DNA of 64,000 bases from Phycisphaerae bacterium (GCA_041946855.1 JBHGBE010000006.1:16999-80998); one strand, 5' to 3'. Positions 28,043-37,278 are shown, counted from the stretch's first letter. Notes: generated by a model not told the origin, from the sequence alone. Numbers and translations: made by a program.

Positions 28043-28579
28043 TCATTGGGTGGATTTGACGTCGGCGGGCCTGCGCATCTCGCGAACAGCGCCGGCGACG
28101 CACTTGCGGCACTCCCGCGGCCCTCGCGCCAGCCCGGACGTGCAATGCCGCCTGAATGCCTCCGTCCAGCTTTCGCCCGCGCGGGGGCAGTCGGCGACGA
28201 ACTCGCCGAAGAGCCTCAGCCGCTCCAGCACGGCCTCATCGACCGCGTGCTCCATCCGGCATGCGTTGGCCTCCGCCTCCTGGGCGTCGAGGCCCAGCAC
28301 GTCGCACAGGAAGCGCCGGATGTCGTAGTGGCGGCGGCTGACCTGCTCGGCCAGCTCCCCGCCGCGGTCGGTCAGCGTGACGAACTGATAGGGGTCGTAG
28401 TTGACCAGGCCGCGGGACGCCAGCGTCTTGAGCGCGGCCGTTACGGCCGGCATGCCAACCTTCAACTCGCGGGCGATGTCGCGGACCCTGGCGACGCGGT
28501 TCCGCCGCACCAGGAACAGGATCGCCTCGAGGTAGTCCTCCATTGAGGCCGTCAGACGCTTGGTCGCTGTTGCGTTCAT
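28043..28579 (-). CDS. DtxR/MntR family metal-dependent transcriptional regulator with Cys-rich C-terminus
   Basis: N-terminal wHTH MEDYLEAILFLVRRNRVARVRDIARELKVGMPAVTAALKTLASRGLV and a metal-binding region. It sits directly upstream of feoB on the same strand. Confidence 0.8.
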   Translation of the reverse strand: MNATATKRLTASMEDYLEAILFLVRRNRVARVRDIARELKVGMPAVTAALKTLASRGLVNYDPYQFVTLTDRGGELAEQVSRRHYDIRRFLCDVLGLDAQEAEANACRMEHAVDEAVLERLRLFGEFVADCPRAGESWTEAFRRHCTSGLARGPRECRKCVAGAVREMRRPADVKSTQ

Positions 28580-28661
28580 GGTCGATCTCGTAACTGTTTG
28601 TCCATGCTACCGTAACACAGGTGAGTTCAAGATCATGAACATTATGGCAGATATGGAATGA

Positions 28662-28671
28662 TATTGCAATA
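28662..28671. promoter_or_regulatory. 10-bp perfect palindrome TATTGCAATA in the AT-rich dtxR-feo upstream region (candidate operator)
   Basis: Located ~85 nt upstream of the dtxR ATG in the only strongly AT-rich patch of this intergenic region. Confidence 0.3.
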
Positions 28672-28698
28672 GAAAAACATCTTGCCGCCCATCATTCA

Positions 28699-29565
28699 CT
28701 ATTGCGGGAAGACCTTGATGGGCCTGAGAGACTTGCCATCCGCCGATGGCCTGGCGATAGCGATGAGTCGGCCGCCGGAATCGACAAGAGCAGCCTCGGA
28801 AGCCGAGGATTGTCCTTTGGGCATGGGGATAGGCTTGCCCAGCATGATAGCCGTGATTTCATCGGGGGAAAACGGGAACTTCGGCATGTCCGGCAGCGCC
28901 ATCAGCGGCGGAATCAGATCTCGCGCGATATCCAGCTTCGCAAGTTCGACGGCCGTGTCAAGGGTGAACAGCCCGATTCGCGTGCGAGTCAATTCGCTAC
29001 AGTATCCGCCGGCGCCCGTGATCCGGCCGATGTCGCGGGCGATGGCGCGGATGTAAGTCCCGCCGCCACACTGGACCTCGATCTCCAGACGCGGGTACTC
29101 GTACTTGAGCAGGTCGATCCGGCGAACCTCCACCGTCCGCGCCGCGGGCTGGACCGGCTTGCCCGCGCGGGCCAGCTTGTAGGCTCGCCGGCCGTCGATG
29201 TGAATGGCGCTGTGCGCAGGCGGGACTTGTTCGATGCTGCCGGTCAGGCGCAACAGTGCCGCGCGTATCTCATCCTCGGCCGGCGGCCGCGCGCCGGACG
29301 TTGGCGCGATCGGACCCTCCGGGTCGTCCGTCGCGCTGGTTGCCCCGAGCACGACGACCGCTCGGTAGCACTTGTGCTGGGCCTGGACGTAGTCCGCCAG
29401 CCGGCACGCCTGGCCCATGCACACCACGAGCACGCCGGTCGCGAACGGATCAAGCGTCCCCGCGTGGCCGACCTTGACGCCGCGCCCCGCGATTCGCCGC
29501 ACCGTCGCGACGACATCGTGGCTGGTCATGCCCGCTGGCTTGTTGACGTTCAAAAAGCCAAACAC
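28699..29565 (-). CDS. truB: tRNA pseudouridine(55) synthase
   Basis: LNVNKPAGMTSHDVV, HAGTLDPFATGVL (catalytic Asp) and a PUA-like C-terminus. Apparent GTG start. Confidence 0.85.
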   Translation of the reverse strand: MFGFLNVNKPAGMTSHDVVATVRRIAGRGVKVGHAGTLDPFATGVLVVCMGQACRLADYVQAQHKCYRAVVVLGATSATDDPEGPIAPTSGARPPAEDEIRAALLRLTGSIEQVPPAHSAIHIDGRRAYKLARAGKPVQPAARTVEVRRIDLLKYEYPRLEIEVQCGGGTYIRAIARDIGRITGAGGYCSELTRTRIGLFTLDTAVELAKLDIARDLIPPLMALPDMPKFPFSPDEITAIMLGKPIPMPKGQSSASEAALVDSGGRLIAIARPSADGKSLRPIKVFPQ

Positions 29566-29628
29566 GAGCTCAAGTTAGCAGGTGCCTGGCGGATTGTCGA
29601 ATTACTTCACGCGCGGGCGCCTTCACCC

Positions 29629-29768
29629 GCCAATGTCAAATTAGGAATGAGGAATGGCGAAAGAATCACAAGTGCACAGTGCCAAAATACCAGAACACGA
29701 CTGGTCCACTTGTCATTCAGGCCTTTGTAATTCCTTCGGCATTCACTCATTCCTAATTTGACATTCGC
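29629..29768. repeat. MITE-like element with ~33-bp terminal inverted repeats (family 1, copy B)
   Basis: Left end CAATGTCAAATTAGGAATGAGGAATGGCGAAAG pairs with right end CTTCGGCATTCACTCATTCCTAATTTGACATTCGC across ~70 bp of internal sequence. It shares motifs with 1638-1810. Confidence 0.55.
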
Positions 29769-29825
29769 TCCGCGCCTGAAACCGGATGGCGCTACGATAT
29801 CGGAGGTGGCTTCCCCTCGATGGCG

Positions 29826-30293
29826 TCATGTCGTCAGCGCGTGCTCCTGCACCTTGATCTTCTTGGGCCGGGCCGCCTCGCTCTTGGGCAGCGTGATGCA
29901 CAGAACGCCGTTCTCAACGGCCGCCTCGATCTTGTCCGAATCGACCGTGGACGGCAGCGTGATGTCCCGGCGGAAGTCGCCGTACCGGCGCTCGCTGTAG
30001 TAGTAGTTCTCGCCCTTCTCTTCCTTCTCCTGGTTCTTGCGGCCGGAGATGGTCAGGATGTTGCCCTCGATGGACAGTTCGATGTCCTCGGCCTTCATCC
30101 CGGGAACGTCAGCCTTCACCAGGTATTCGTCCCCGTGCTCAACGACGTCCAGGAGCGGCCACCAGGTACGACCCTCGAAGGTCGGCATTATGTCCCAGCC
30201 CTCGAAGAATCTGCTGAACAGGTCGCTCATGGCATCCTGGAACCCCGTCAGTGACCTGATGCCCGGCCTCTTGCTCAACGATGTGTCAGCCAT
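29826..30293 (-). CDS. Hsp20/alpha-crystallin family small heat shock protein
   Basis: Alpha-crystallin domain ...LVKADVPGMKAEDIELSIEGNILTISG...; AAGGAAGG Shine-Dalgarno upstream. Confidence 0.85.
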   Translation of the reverse strand: MADTSLSKRPGIRSLTGFQDAMSDLFSRFFEGWDIMPTFEGRTWWPLLDVVEHGDEYLVKADVPGMKAEDIELSIEGNILTISGRKNQEKEEKGENYYYSERRYGDFRRDITLPSTVDSDKIEAAVENGVLCITLPKSEAARPKKIKVQEHALTT

Positions 30294-30592
30294 AGTCTTA
30301 CCTTCCTTTCTTGCTATATGGCCTTTGACACGCCCTTCCCTTCGCTCTACTGTATTCTATGCACACGCCGTGCCACCTATTCGGGCTCGCCGGGCCATTC
30401 GCAAGTTTCGTGAGTTCAGAGAGTTGCGGCGGCGACTTTGCGGGCCGTCCTGCGGCGTGAACTGCCATTTCGACACTGCGGCCGGAAGGGGCTCAACCCC
30501 GAGCCCGCGCCAAGCCGATAACACAGTCTGCCGCCATGCCGCAGGTTGCCACCCGGCGGCGGTGTCTCGTGAACCGACAGCAGGAGCGTCGA

Positions 30593-31051
30593 ATGACCAG
30601 GTTCCGTGGTGACGTTGAGTTGCTGCCGCCCCGCGCGCGGTACTTCACGCCGCAGCAGGCGGGCCGCGCGCTGGTGCTCGTGCGGAGGATCGTCCAGGAC
30701 ATCGTCGGCGGCTACGGCCGGCTGGTGGATCTCCAGGAGACGCTCGAGGCGCTCCAGACCCGCCAGTCGCGGCAGGAGTGCGAGGCCGTCCGGCGCGAGC
30801 TGATCGCCACGATGGAGACGCTCCAGTCATGCCTGGAGGAGCTCGAAGAGGTCGGTGTGGAGCTTGTCGATTGGGCGCTGGGGATCGTCGAGTTCCCATG
30901 CCTCTGGAGCGGGCGCGAGATCCGCCTGACCTGGCAGCACGGCCAGGGCGGCGTCAGCCATTGGCGCGAGATCGGCGAAAGCCCCGCCTCCCGCCAGCCC
31001 ATCAGCACGCTCCTCATGGAGCAGATGGCGGGGGTCGGCGCGAGGAGATGA
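30593..31051 (+). CDS. DUF2203 family protein
   Basis: MTRFRGDVELLPPRARYFT... with the characteristic ...ELVDWALGIVEFPCLW... motif; AGGAG 7 nt upstream. Confidence 0.6.
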   Translation: MTRFRGDVELLPPRARYFTPQQAGRALVLVRRIVQDIVGGYGRLVDLQETLEALQTRQSRQECEAVRRELIATMETLQSCLEELEEVGVELVDWALGIVEFPCLWSGREIRLTWQHGQGGVSHWREIGESPASRQPISTLLMEQMAGVGARR

Positions 31052-31064
31052 GCACACGGAAACG

Positions 31065-31122
31065 GCAGAAGCGCCTGACGGCAAGCCAATCACGATGCTG
31101 GCTTGCCGTTAGGCGCTTCTGC
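31065..31122. terminator. 24-bp-stem hairpin between the convergent DUF2203 and flotillin genes (candidate bidirectional terminator)
   Basis: GCAGAAGCGCCTGACGGCAAGCCA-(10 nt)-TGGCTTGCCGTTAGGCGCTTCTGC, one mismatch, starting 14 nt after the stop at 31051. Confidence 0.5.
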
Positions 31123-31142
31123 CGTCTCCTCAGTTGGTAATT

Positions 31143-31186
31143 CGTCAATCGCAAATCGTCAATCGCAAATCGTCAATCGCCAATCT
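31143..31186. repeat. Tandem 14-nt (2x7) array TCGTCAATCGCAAA x3 abutting the flotillin stop codon
   Basis: Seen directly in sequence; reverse complement GATTGCGATTGACGA, GCGATTG heptamer family. Confidence 0.55.
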
Positions 31187-32815
31187 CTACACTTTCGGCT
31201 CCGCCGGCTTTGGCGGCGTGGGCCTGCCGGCGGATTGGGCGGCGGGAGGGGCGGGGGACCTGGGGCCGGCAGGCGTGCCGCCGCCGGACGGACCGGCGGG
31301 CGTGGCTGCGCCGGGCATATCGGCGGCTTCCGGGCCCTTGGCCACGTGGCCCAGGTAGCTTGGCAGGTCCAGTCCCACCTGCTTGGCCAGCTCGTGCAGC
31401 GGCGGCAGCACGCCCATGAGCTTCTTGCCCAGGCCGCTGAGGCCCGCCTGGCCGTCGGCGCCGCTGCCCGCGTCCCACACGACGATCTTGTCGATAGGCA
31501 GGTCCTGTATCGCCTGCGCCTGGATGTGCGCCACCTCGGGGAGCTTTTCGATGATGAGCAGGGCGGGGGCCAAGTGCGGGTCGCCGGCCGCGCGGACCAG
31601 GGCCATGTAGCCCGTCGCCTTGCCTTCGAGTATGGCCTGCTGGCCCTTGCCCTCGGCCGTCGCCTTGGCGAGTATCGCGGCCGCCTGGCCCTCGGCCACG
31701 CGGATGGCCTGCTCCTTCTGCGCGTCGGCCTCGATGACGATCCGCTTCCGTTGCGCATCGGCCGGCACGACGACCTCGGCGTTCAGCCGCGACGTTTCGC
31801 GGAGCGCGCGGGCGTCCTCGGCCTTCTTTTGCGCGGTCTCCTGCGCGACGCGAATGGCGCCGTCGGCCTCCTTCGCGGCCGACTCGCCCTTGTTGCGGGA
31901 CTCTTCCTCGGCCACCTTCTGGTCGGCGCGATAGCGGGCCTTGTTGGCGTTGGCGTTCGTCTCGGCCTGGACCGCCTCGGCGTCCAGCTTGGCGACCTGC
32001 TGTCGCTTGTTACGGGCGGCCGTCGCCTCGCCGATCTCGGCATCGGCCGTCGCCGCGGCGACCGCGACGCGCTGGTCCCTCTGCCGCTCGGCCACGCCTA
32101 TCTGGCCGCGCCGCTCCTGCTCGGACACGTCGATGTTGGCCTGCTGAACCGCCTCCGCCGCCGCCTTGCGGCCGATGGCCTTGATGTACCCCGACTCGTC
32201 CTCGATGTCCTTGATGTTGACGTTGATGACGGCCAGGCCGATCTTCTCGAGCTCCGTCGTGACGGCCTCGTTCACCTTTGCCATGAACGACTGCCGGTCG
32301 CGGTTGATGTCCTCGATCCGCATCGTCGCGATGACCGCGCGCATCTGCCCGATGATGATGTCCTGCGCCAGCGTCTGTATCTGCTGTGTTGAAAGCCCCA
32401 GGAGGCGGTGGGCGGCGTTCTGCATGATGCCTTCCTGGTTGGAGATGGCGGCCGTCACCGTCGTCGGCACGGTGACGCGGATGTTCTCCTGCGACAGGGC
32501 GTTGGTCAGCTCGATGGGCACGACGAACGGCTCCAGGTCCAGGTAGTCGTAGGCCTGAATGAGCGGCCACACGAACGTGGCGCCGCCGTGGATGCACCTG
32601 GCCGCCGTCCCTCCCCCCGTCTTGCCGTACTTGACGAGGATCTTGTTCGACGGGCATCGCTTGTACCGCTTGGCGATGGTGACGAAGATGACAATGACTA
32701 TAAGGGCGAGGATGATCGTCAGGATGATCCCGGCAGGAAGCCCGGAACCTGGCTCCTCCGGCGTCGGCTTCCTGATCTGCCCCAGCATCATCGCGAAACC
32801 AAGCAGTCCGTTCAT
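31187..32815 (-). CDS. Flotillin / SPFH (band 7) domain protein
   Basis: N-terminal TM segment, SPFH domain, long Ala/Glu-rich coiled coil and a Pro-rich C-terminus; classic partner of the upstream NfeD gene. Confidence 0.85.
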   Translation of the reverse strand: MNGLLGFAMMLGQIRKPTPEEPGSGLPAGIILTIILALIVIVIFVTIAKRYKRCPSNKILVKYGKTGGGTAARCIHGGATFVWPLIQAYDYLDLEPFVVPIELTNALSQENIRVTVPTTVTAAISNQEGIMQNAAHRLLGLSTQQIQTLAQDIIIGQMRAVIATMRIEDINRDRQSFMAKVNEAVTTELEKIGLAVINVNIKDIEDESGYIKAIGRKAAAEAVQQANIDVSEQERRGQIGVAERQRDQRVAVAAATADAEIGEATAARNKRQQVAKLDAEAVQAETNANANKARYRADQKVAEEESRNKGESAAKEADGAIRVAQETAQKKAEDARALRETSRLNAEVVVPADAQRKRIVIEADAQKEQAIRVAEGQAAAILAKATAEGKGQQAILEGKATGYMALVRAAGDPHLAPALLIIEKLPEVAHIQAQAIQDLPIDKIVVWDAGSGADGQAGLSGLGKKLMGVLPPLHELAKQVGLDLPSYLGHVAKGPEAADMPGAATPAGPSGGGTPAGPRSPAPPAAQSAGRPTPPKPAEPKV

Positions 32816-32875
32816 TTGTCTGTCCTTCCTTCAGTTGACAGCGACCGGTTTGTGTCCGGAATCCCAATCGTTACG

Positions 32876-33499
32876 CTACGCCGCCGAGTCATCCTTCTTG
32901 ACCTCGATCGTCACCGGGTCGAGTATGCGCGTCACCCTGATCTTCGTGCCGGCCGGCAGTGGGACGCCGTCCGCGGCCTTGGCCCGGATATGCGTCATCA
33001 CGCCGCTGACGGTGACGCGGACCTCGCCCGTGCCGCCGGCGGGGATGTCAAGGTAGACCGTCCCGCTGGTGTCCAGGCAGGAACCAAGGCGCGGGTTGCC
33101 CGACTCGGTCAGCCTTTGCATGAGGTAGAAGATGCCAGCCACGATCAGCCCGGCCGCCACGCCCCAGAGCGCCGCATACACCAGCGCCGGGGTCAGCGAC
33201 GCTCCGCCCTGGAGGTAGAGCGCACCGGCCCACGAGAACAGCGTGAAAAACGCCAGCACCGACCGGATGCTCAGGAGCTTGAAGGCCGCGACGCTCTCGT
33301 GCGCGTCGATGTTCGCGGTCTGGTCCAGGGCCGAGTGGTCCACGCCGGCATCGACCTGCGAGGTCACGTCGGCGCCGCCGTCGCCGCCCAAACCTATGAG
33401 GGCCGCGATGAGTTGCCATGCCAGAAAGACGCTGAAGAATATGGCCGCAATAAAGAACCACTGGTTCATACCCGTCAGGCTCGCCCACCATTCAACCAT
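32876..33499 (-). CDS. NfeD-like membrane protein (OB-fold C-terminus)
   Basis: Start moved to MVEWWASLTGMNQWFFIAAIFF (ATG 33497-33499). TM helices followed by a C-terminal beta-rich domain ...GTGEVRVTVSGVMTHIRAKA...; lies upstream of flotillin. Confidence 0.7.
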   Translation of the reverse strand: MVEWWASLTGMNQWFFIAAIFFSVFLAWQLIAALIGLGGDGGADVTSQVDAGVDHSALDQTANIDAHESVAAFKLLSIRSVLAFFTLFSWAGALYLQGGASLTPALVYAALWGVAAGLIVAGIFYLMQRLTESGNPRLGSCLDTSGTVYLDIPAGGTGEVRVTVSGVMTHIRAKAADGVPLPAGTKIRVTRILDPVTIEVKKDDSAA

Positions 33500-33804
33500 G
33501 GCTGCGCTCCCTATGTCTTGTCCGGCCCGGAGTTGACCGCCCATCGGGGCCGGCTGAGCAAGAGGATAATCACGCCCGCCGGCGGTTACAAGTCGCAAGA
33601 TGGACGATTTGCGACATGCCCCGAATGAGGGACCAGGGGTGAGCGACTAGCGACCAGGGGGTCTTGCGGGCGGGCTGGCTATTGAAGATTCGTCGGCCCC
33701 ATGGACCTGTATAATGGGTTTAACACAAACAGTGTCGGACGGTCCGTGCCAACTGCCCGCTAGCGCGGTCCGGCGTGGCGAGTTGAGAAAACGAGGGCTA
33801 TGAC

Positions 33805-35664
33805 ATGATCGACGCGCCATTCGTCTCGGCAGTGCTCCTCATGGCGGTCGCGGCAACGCCTACCCCGCCCGCGACTGCCCCCATAAAGGCCCCCGCGACG
33901 ATGCCCACTCGTGCGCCCATGGCGGCGCCCACCAAGTCCCCGACGCCGACTCCCGCAAAGGCATTGACGCCGACACCCGCGAGGACGCCGACACCCACAG
34001 CGGCGCCCACGCCCACGAAGGCGCCAGCGCCCGCGACCGCGTCGGCGCCAGCGACGAAGCTCACGCCGCCGTCAGCCGTCTTCGAGGGCCCGCCCGCCCC
34101 CGTTGCCGGGCAGATCGACCGCATCGTATTCGCCAAGCTCGCGTCGATGAAGATCCAGCCCGTCCTGTGCTCCGACGCGGTGTTCGTACGGCGCGCCTAC
34201 CTGGACATCACGGGGACGTTGCCGACGGCGAAGGAAGCCAGGGACTTCATCCAGGACCCCGACACCAAGGGCAAGCGCCGCGCACTGATCGACCGCCTGC
34301 TGGAGCGGGATGAGTACGCGGACTACTGGGCCATGAAGTGGGGCGACATACTGCGTATCAAGGCCGAGTTTCCCGTCAACCTGTGGCCCAACGCGGCACA
34401 GGCCTATCACCGCTGGGTCCGTTCGTCCATCGCGTCCAACAAGCCCTACGACAAGTTCGTCCGCGAGTTGCTCACCTCCAGCGGGAGCAACTTCCGCGTG
34501 GGCCCCGTCAACTTCTACCGGGCCATCCAGAACAGGACGCCCGACGGTATCACCGCGGCCGTCGCCCTCGCGTTCATGGGCTCGCGAGTGGATTCCTGGC
34601 CCAAGGACCGCCCGGCGGGCACGGCCGTCTTCTTTTCGCAGATAGGCTACAAGGCCACGCGCGAATGGAAGGAAGAAGACGTATTCTGGGACCCGCTCCA
34701 CACCGCCGTGCCGTACGTCAACGCGGCCGAGCAGCCCGCGCCGACGCCGGCCGTCATGCCAGCCACCGCGCCGGCGCTGCTGACGGCGATGTTCCCTGAT
34801 GGCACGACGGTCAAGCTGCCGACCGACCGCGACCCGAGGGAGGTCTTTGCAGACTGGCTCATCACCCCCAGGAATCCCTGGTTCACGCGGGCCATCGTCA
34901 ATCGCGTCTGGGCGTGGCTGATGGGGCGGGGCATCATCCACGAGCCGGATGACATCCGCGAGAACAATCCCCCCAGCAATCCCGAGCTGCTGGCCTATCT
35001 TGAGAAGGAGATGGCCGACGGCGGCTACGACATGAAGCGGCTCTACCGGCTGATCCTGAATTCCAGCACCTACCAGCTATCCTCCATGCCGCACGCGGGC
35101 ACTCCGCAGGCCGCCGCCCAGTTCGCGAGCTATCCGCTTCGCCGCATGGACGCCGAGGTGCTGATCGACGCGATCAACAAGATCACCGGCTCGACCGAAC
35201 TGTACACCAGCCCGATCCCCGAGCCGTTCACGTACATCCCCCAGAGCCAGCCGGCCGTCGCCATCCCCGATGGGAGCATCACCAGTCCCTTCCTGGCACT
35301 ATTCGGGCGGTCGGCGCGGGCCACGGGCATGGAGAACGAGCGGGACAATAAGCCGGTCCCGGCGCAATCACTGTACATGCTCAATTCGCTCCAGATTCAG
35401 CGGAAGCTGGAGACCGGTCCCAGGCTAAAGGCGCTCTTCGAGTCGCCGCGGAAGCCCTCTGACATGATAGAGGAGCTGTACCTCACGGTCCTTTCGCGCT
35501 TCCCGACCGCCGAGGAGGTCCGGATCGCGGAGGCGTACGGCCCGATCATGCAGCCGAACAAGAACGCCAGGCCGCCGACGGCCGTTCCGACCAAGAGACG
35601 AGAGGACTGGGTGGACATCACCTGGTCACTGATAAACAGCACTGAGTTCCTGTACAGGCATTGA
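33805..35664 (+). CDS. DUF1549/DUF1553 (PSCyt2/PSD1) domain protein with Pro/Thr/Ala-rich N-terminal linker
   Basis: DUF1549-like ...DYWAMKWGDILRIK... and DUF1553-like ...WLMGRGIIHEPDDIRENNPPSNPELLAYLE...; -10 element TATAAT at 33710-33715. Confidence 0.8.
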   Translation: MIDAPFVSAVLLMAVAATPTPPATAPIKAPATMPTRAPMAAPTKSPTPTPAKALTPTPARTPTPTAAPTPTKAPAPATASAPATKLTPPSAVFEGPPAPVAGQIDRIVFAKLASMKIQPVLCSDAVFVRRAYLDITGTLPTAKEARDFIQDPDTKGKRRALIDRLLERDEYADYWAMKWGDILRIKAEFPVNLWPNAAQAYHRWVRSSIASNKPYDKFVRELLTSSGSNFRVGPVNFYRAIQNRTPDGITAAVALAFMGSRVDSWPKDRPAGTAVFFSQIGYKATREWKEEDVFWDPLHTAVPYVNAAEQPAPTPAVMPATAPALLTAMFPDGTTVKLPTDRDPREVFADWLITPRNPWFTRAIVNRVWAWLMGRGIIHEPDDIRENNPPSNPELLAYLEKEMADGGYDMKRLYRLILNSSTYQLSSMPHAGTPQAAAQFASYPLRRMDAEVLIDAINKITGSTELYTSPIPEPFTYIPQSQPAVAIPDGSITSPFLALFGRSARATGMENERDNKPVPAQSLYMLNSLQIQRKLETGPRLKALFESPRKPSDMIEELYLTVLSRFPTAEEVRIAEAYGPIMQPNKNARPPTAVPTKRREDWVDITWSLINSTEFLYRH

Positions 35665-35687
35665 TGACGACGTTGGCAGTCAGGATG

Positions 35688-35798
35688 AAATACTCAATAA
35701 CCAATAAGCAATGTTCAATGTTCGGGTGCAAGAACACCTCCATCGTTGCACTTGTTCATTGGTCGTTGCTTGTTGAATATTGAATATTGGGTACTTGG
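35688..35798. repeat. AT-rich heptad/palindromic element (family 2, copy C) in the DUF1553-DUF1501 intergenic region
   Basis: CAATGTTCAATGTTC...(GTGCAA-loop-TTGCAC hairpin)...TTGAATATTGAATATTG, with mirror arms around the central hairpin. Confidence 0.5.
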
Positions 35799-35825
35799 AC
35801 ACGGGCCAGAGAGGAGAACGGTGCG

Positions 35826-37205
35826 ATGAACAGCGGCGAGAATCGCATTAACGGCAAGGGGATAACGCGGCGCGAAGCGATGCGCCTCGGTCTCTACGGC
35901 GCGGCCGGCGTGCTGACGGCGGGGAGCCTGGGCCGAGCATTGGCCGCCGGCCCGGAAACAAGGCCCACGACCGGCCCCGCGACAAAGCCCGCCGGCAAGG
36001 TCAAGGCCAAGTCGGTCATACAGGTCTTTCTGTGGGGCGGCATGTCGCACAACGACACGTGGGACCCCAAGCCCGATTCCGGCTACGAATACATGGGCGA
36101 GTTCGCCAAGGCCATCCCGACGAACGTGCCGGGCGTCGAGATCGGCCAGTTGTTCCCCGAACTGGCCAAGCAGGCCGACAAGTACTCCCTCATCCGCAGC
36201 ATGACCCACCGCAACAACGGCCACGAGACGGCCGCCTACCTGATGCAGACCGGCCACGCGCCCGGCGAGCGGCTGGCCTACCCGAGCATCGGGGCCGTGT
36301 TCGCGCTGTTCAAGGCCAAGGAGTACAAGGGCATCATCCCGCCCTACATCGTGCTGACCAGGCCGCAGGGACGGTTCTCCGAGGAAGGCTTCCTGGGGCC
36401 AAAGTACAAGCCCTTCGCCACCGGCAGCGATCCCAACGCCCAGCGGTTCGAGGTCGAGGGCGTCATCGCCAGGGGCATCAACGACGACCGCCAGAAGGCC
36501 CGGCGCGAACTGCTCGAGAAAATGAATACGATGGGCAGCGCGATGTCCGCCGACCCGCAAGTGGCCGCGGCCGAGGACGCCAAGAAGCAGGCATACGACC
36601 TCATCCTCGGCGCGGGCAGGGACGTCTTCGACCTGAACAAGGAGAAGAAGGAGTTGAGGGACCTCTACGGGCGACACACCTTCGGGCAGGAGTGCCTGGT
36701 GGCGAGGCGGCTGGTCGAGGCGGGCGTGCCCTACATCGTCATCAACTACCCCGGCGGCTGGGACACGCACAGCAACCACTTCGCGACCATGCGGCGGCAG
36801 TGCCCGCAACTGGACCAGGGCCTGGCGGCGCTCCTGGCGGACCTGAAGGACCACGGCCTGCTGGACACCACGATCGTCTGGTGCTCCGGCGAGTTCGGGC
36901 GCAGCCCTAAGATCGACTGGCAGCCGCCCTGGAACGGCGGGCGCAACCATTACGGCAACGTCTTCACCGTCCTGGTCGCGGGCGGCGGATTCAAGGGCGG
37001 GCAGATCGTCGGCTCCTCGGACGCCAAGGCCGAGGAGGTCAAGGACCGGCCCGTCTATCCCGTGGACCTGCTGGGCAGCATCTACACACTGGCCGGCATC
37101 GACACGACCGCCCGCCTCCCGCACCCGATGGGCATCGAGGCCCACGTCCTGCCGGCGGCGTCCGAGGGCGTCAAGTCGGCCGGGCTGCTGACCGAGATCA
37201 TGTAG
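35826..37205 (+). CDS. DUF1501 domain protein (sulfatase-like, Tat-secreted)
   Basis: Twin-arginine motif TRREAMRLGLYGAAGV. Conserved MTHRNNGHETAAYLMQTGH and ...GGWDTHSNHF... motifs; GAGGAG Shine-Dalgarno upstream. Confidence 0.85.
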   Translation: MNSGENRINGKGITRREAMRLGLYGAAGVLTAGSLGRALAAGPETRPTTGPATKPAGKVKAKSVIQVFLWGGMSHNDTWDPKPDSGYEYMGEFAKAIPTNVPGVEIGQLFPELAKQADKYSLIRSMTHRNNGHETAAYLMQTGHAPGERLAYPSIGAVFALFKAKEYKGIIPPYIVLTRPQGRFSEEGFLGPKYKPFATGSDPNAQRFEVEGVIARGINDDRQKARRELLEKMNTMGSAMSADPQVAAAEDAKKQAYDLILGAGRDVFDLNKEKKELRDLYGRHTFGQECLVARRLVEAGVPYIVINYPGGWDTHSNHFATMRRQCPQLDQGLAALLADLKDHGLLDTTIVWCSGEFGRSPKIDWQPPWNGGRNHYGNVFTVLVAGGGFKGGQIVGSSDAKAEEVKDRPVYPVDLLGSIYTLAGIDTTARLPHPMGIEAHVLPAASEGVKSAGLLTEIM

Positions 37206-37212
37206 AACCAAA

Positions 37213-37278
37213 AGGCGGAATGTAGAAGGCAGAAGGATAGAAGAAGGCAGAAGGCACAATGCAGAATTCAGAAGGCAC
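37213..37278. repeat. GCAGAAG/GGCGGAATG heptamer array immediately upstream of, and running into, the next gene's start
   Basis: AGGCGGAATGTAGAAGGCAGAAGGATAGAAGAAGGCAGAAGGCACAATGCAGAATTCAGAAGGCACAATG. Its imperfect reverse complement (CATTCTGCCTCTTGCATTTTGCC) lies in the signal-peptide coding region at 37326-37350. Confidence 0.5.

Noticed and set aside
30294-30540. Heat-shock control element (CIRCE/ROSE/sigma32 promoter) upstream of hsp20
   Set aside because: No TTAGCACTC-N9-GAGTGCTAA and no convincing CTTGAAA/CCCCATNT pair were seen; only an AAGGAAGG SD is evident.
31103-32392. 429-aa plus-strand ORF antisense to the flotillin gene
   Set aside because: The flotillin SPFH and coiled-coil domains are unambiguous on the minus strand.
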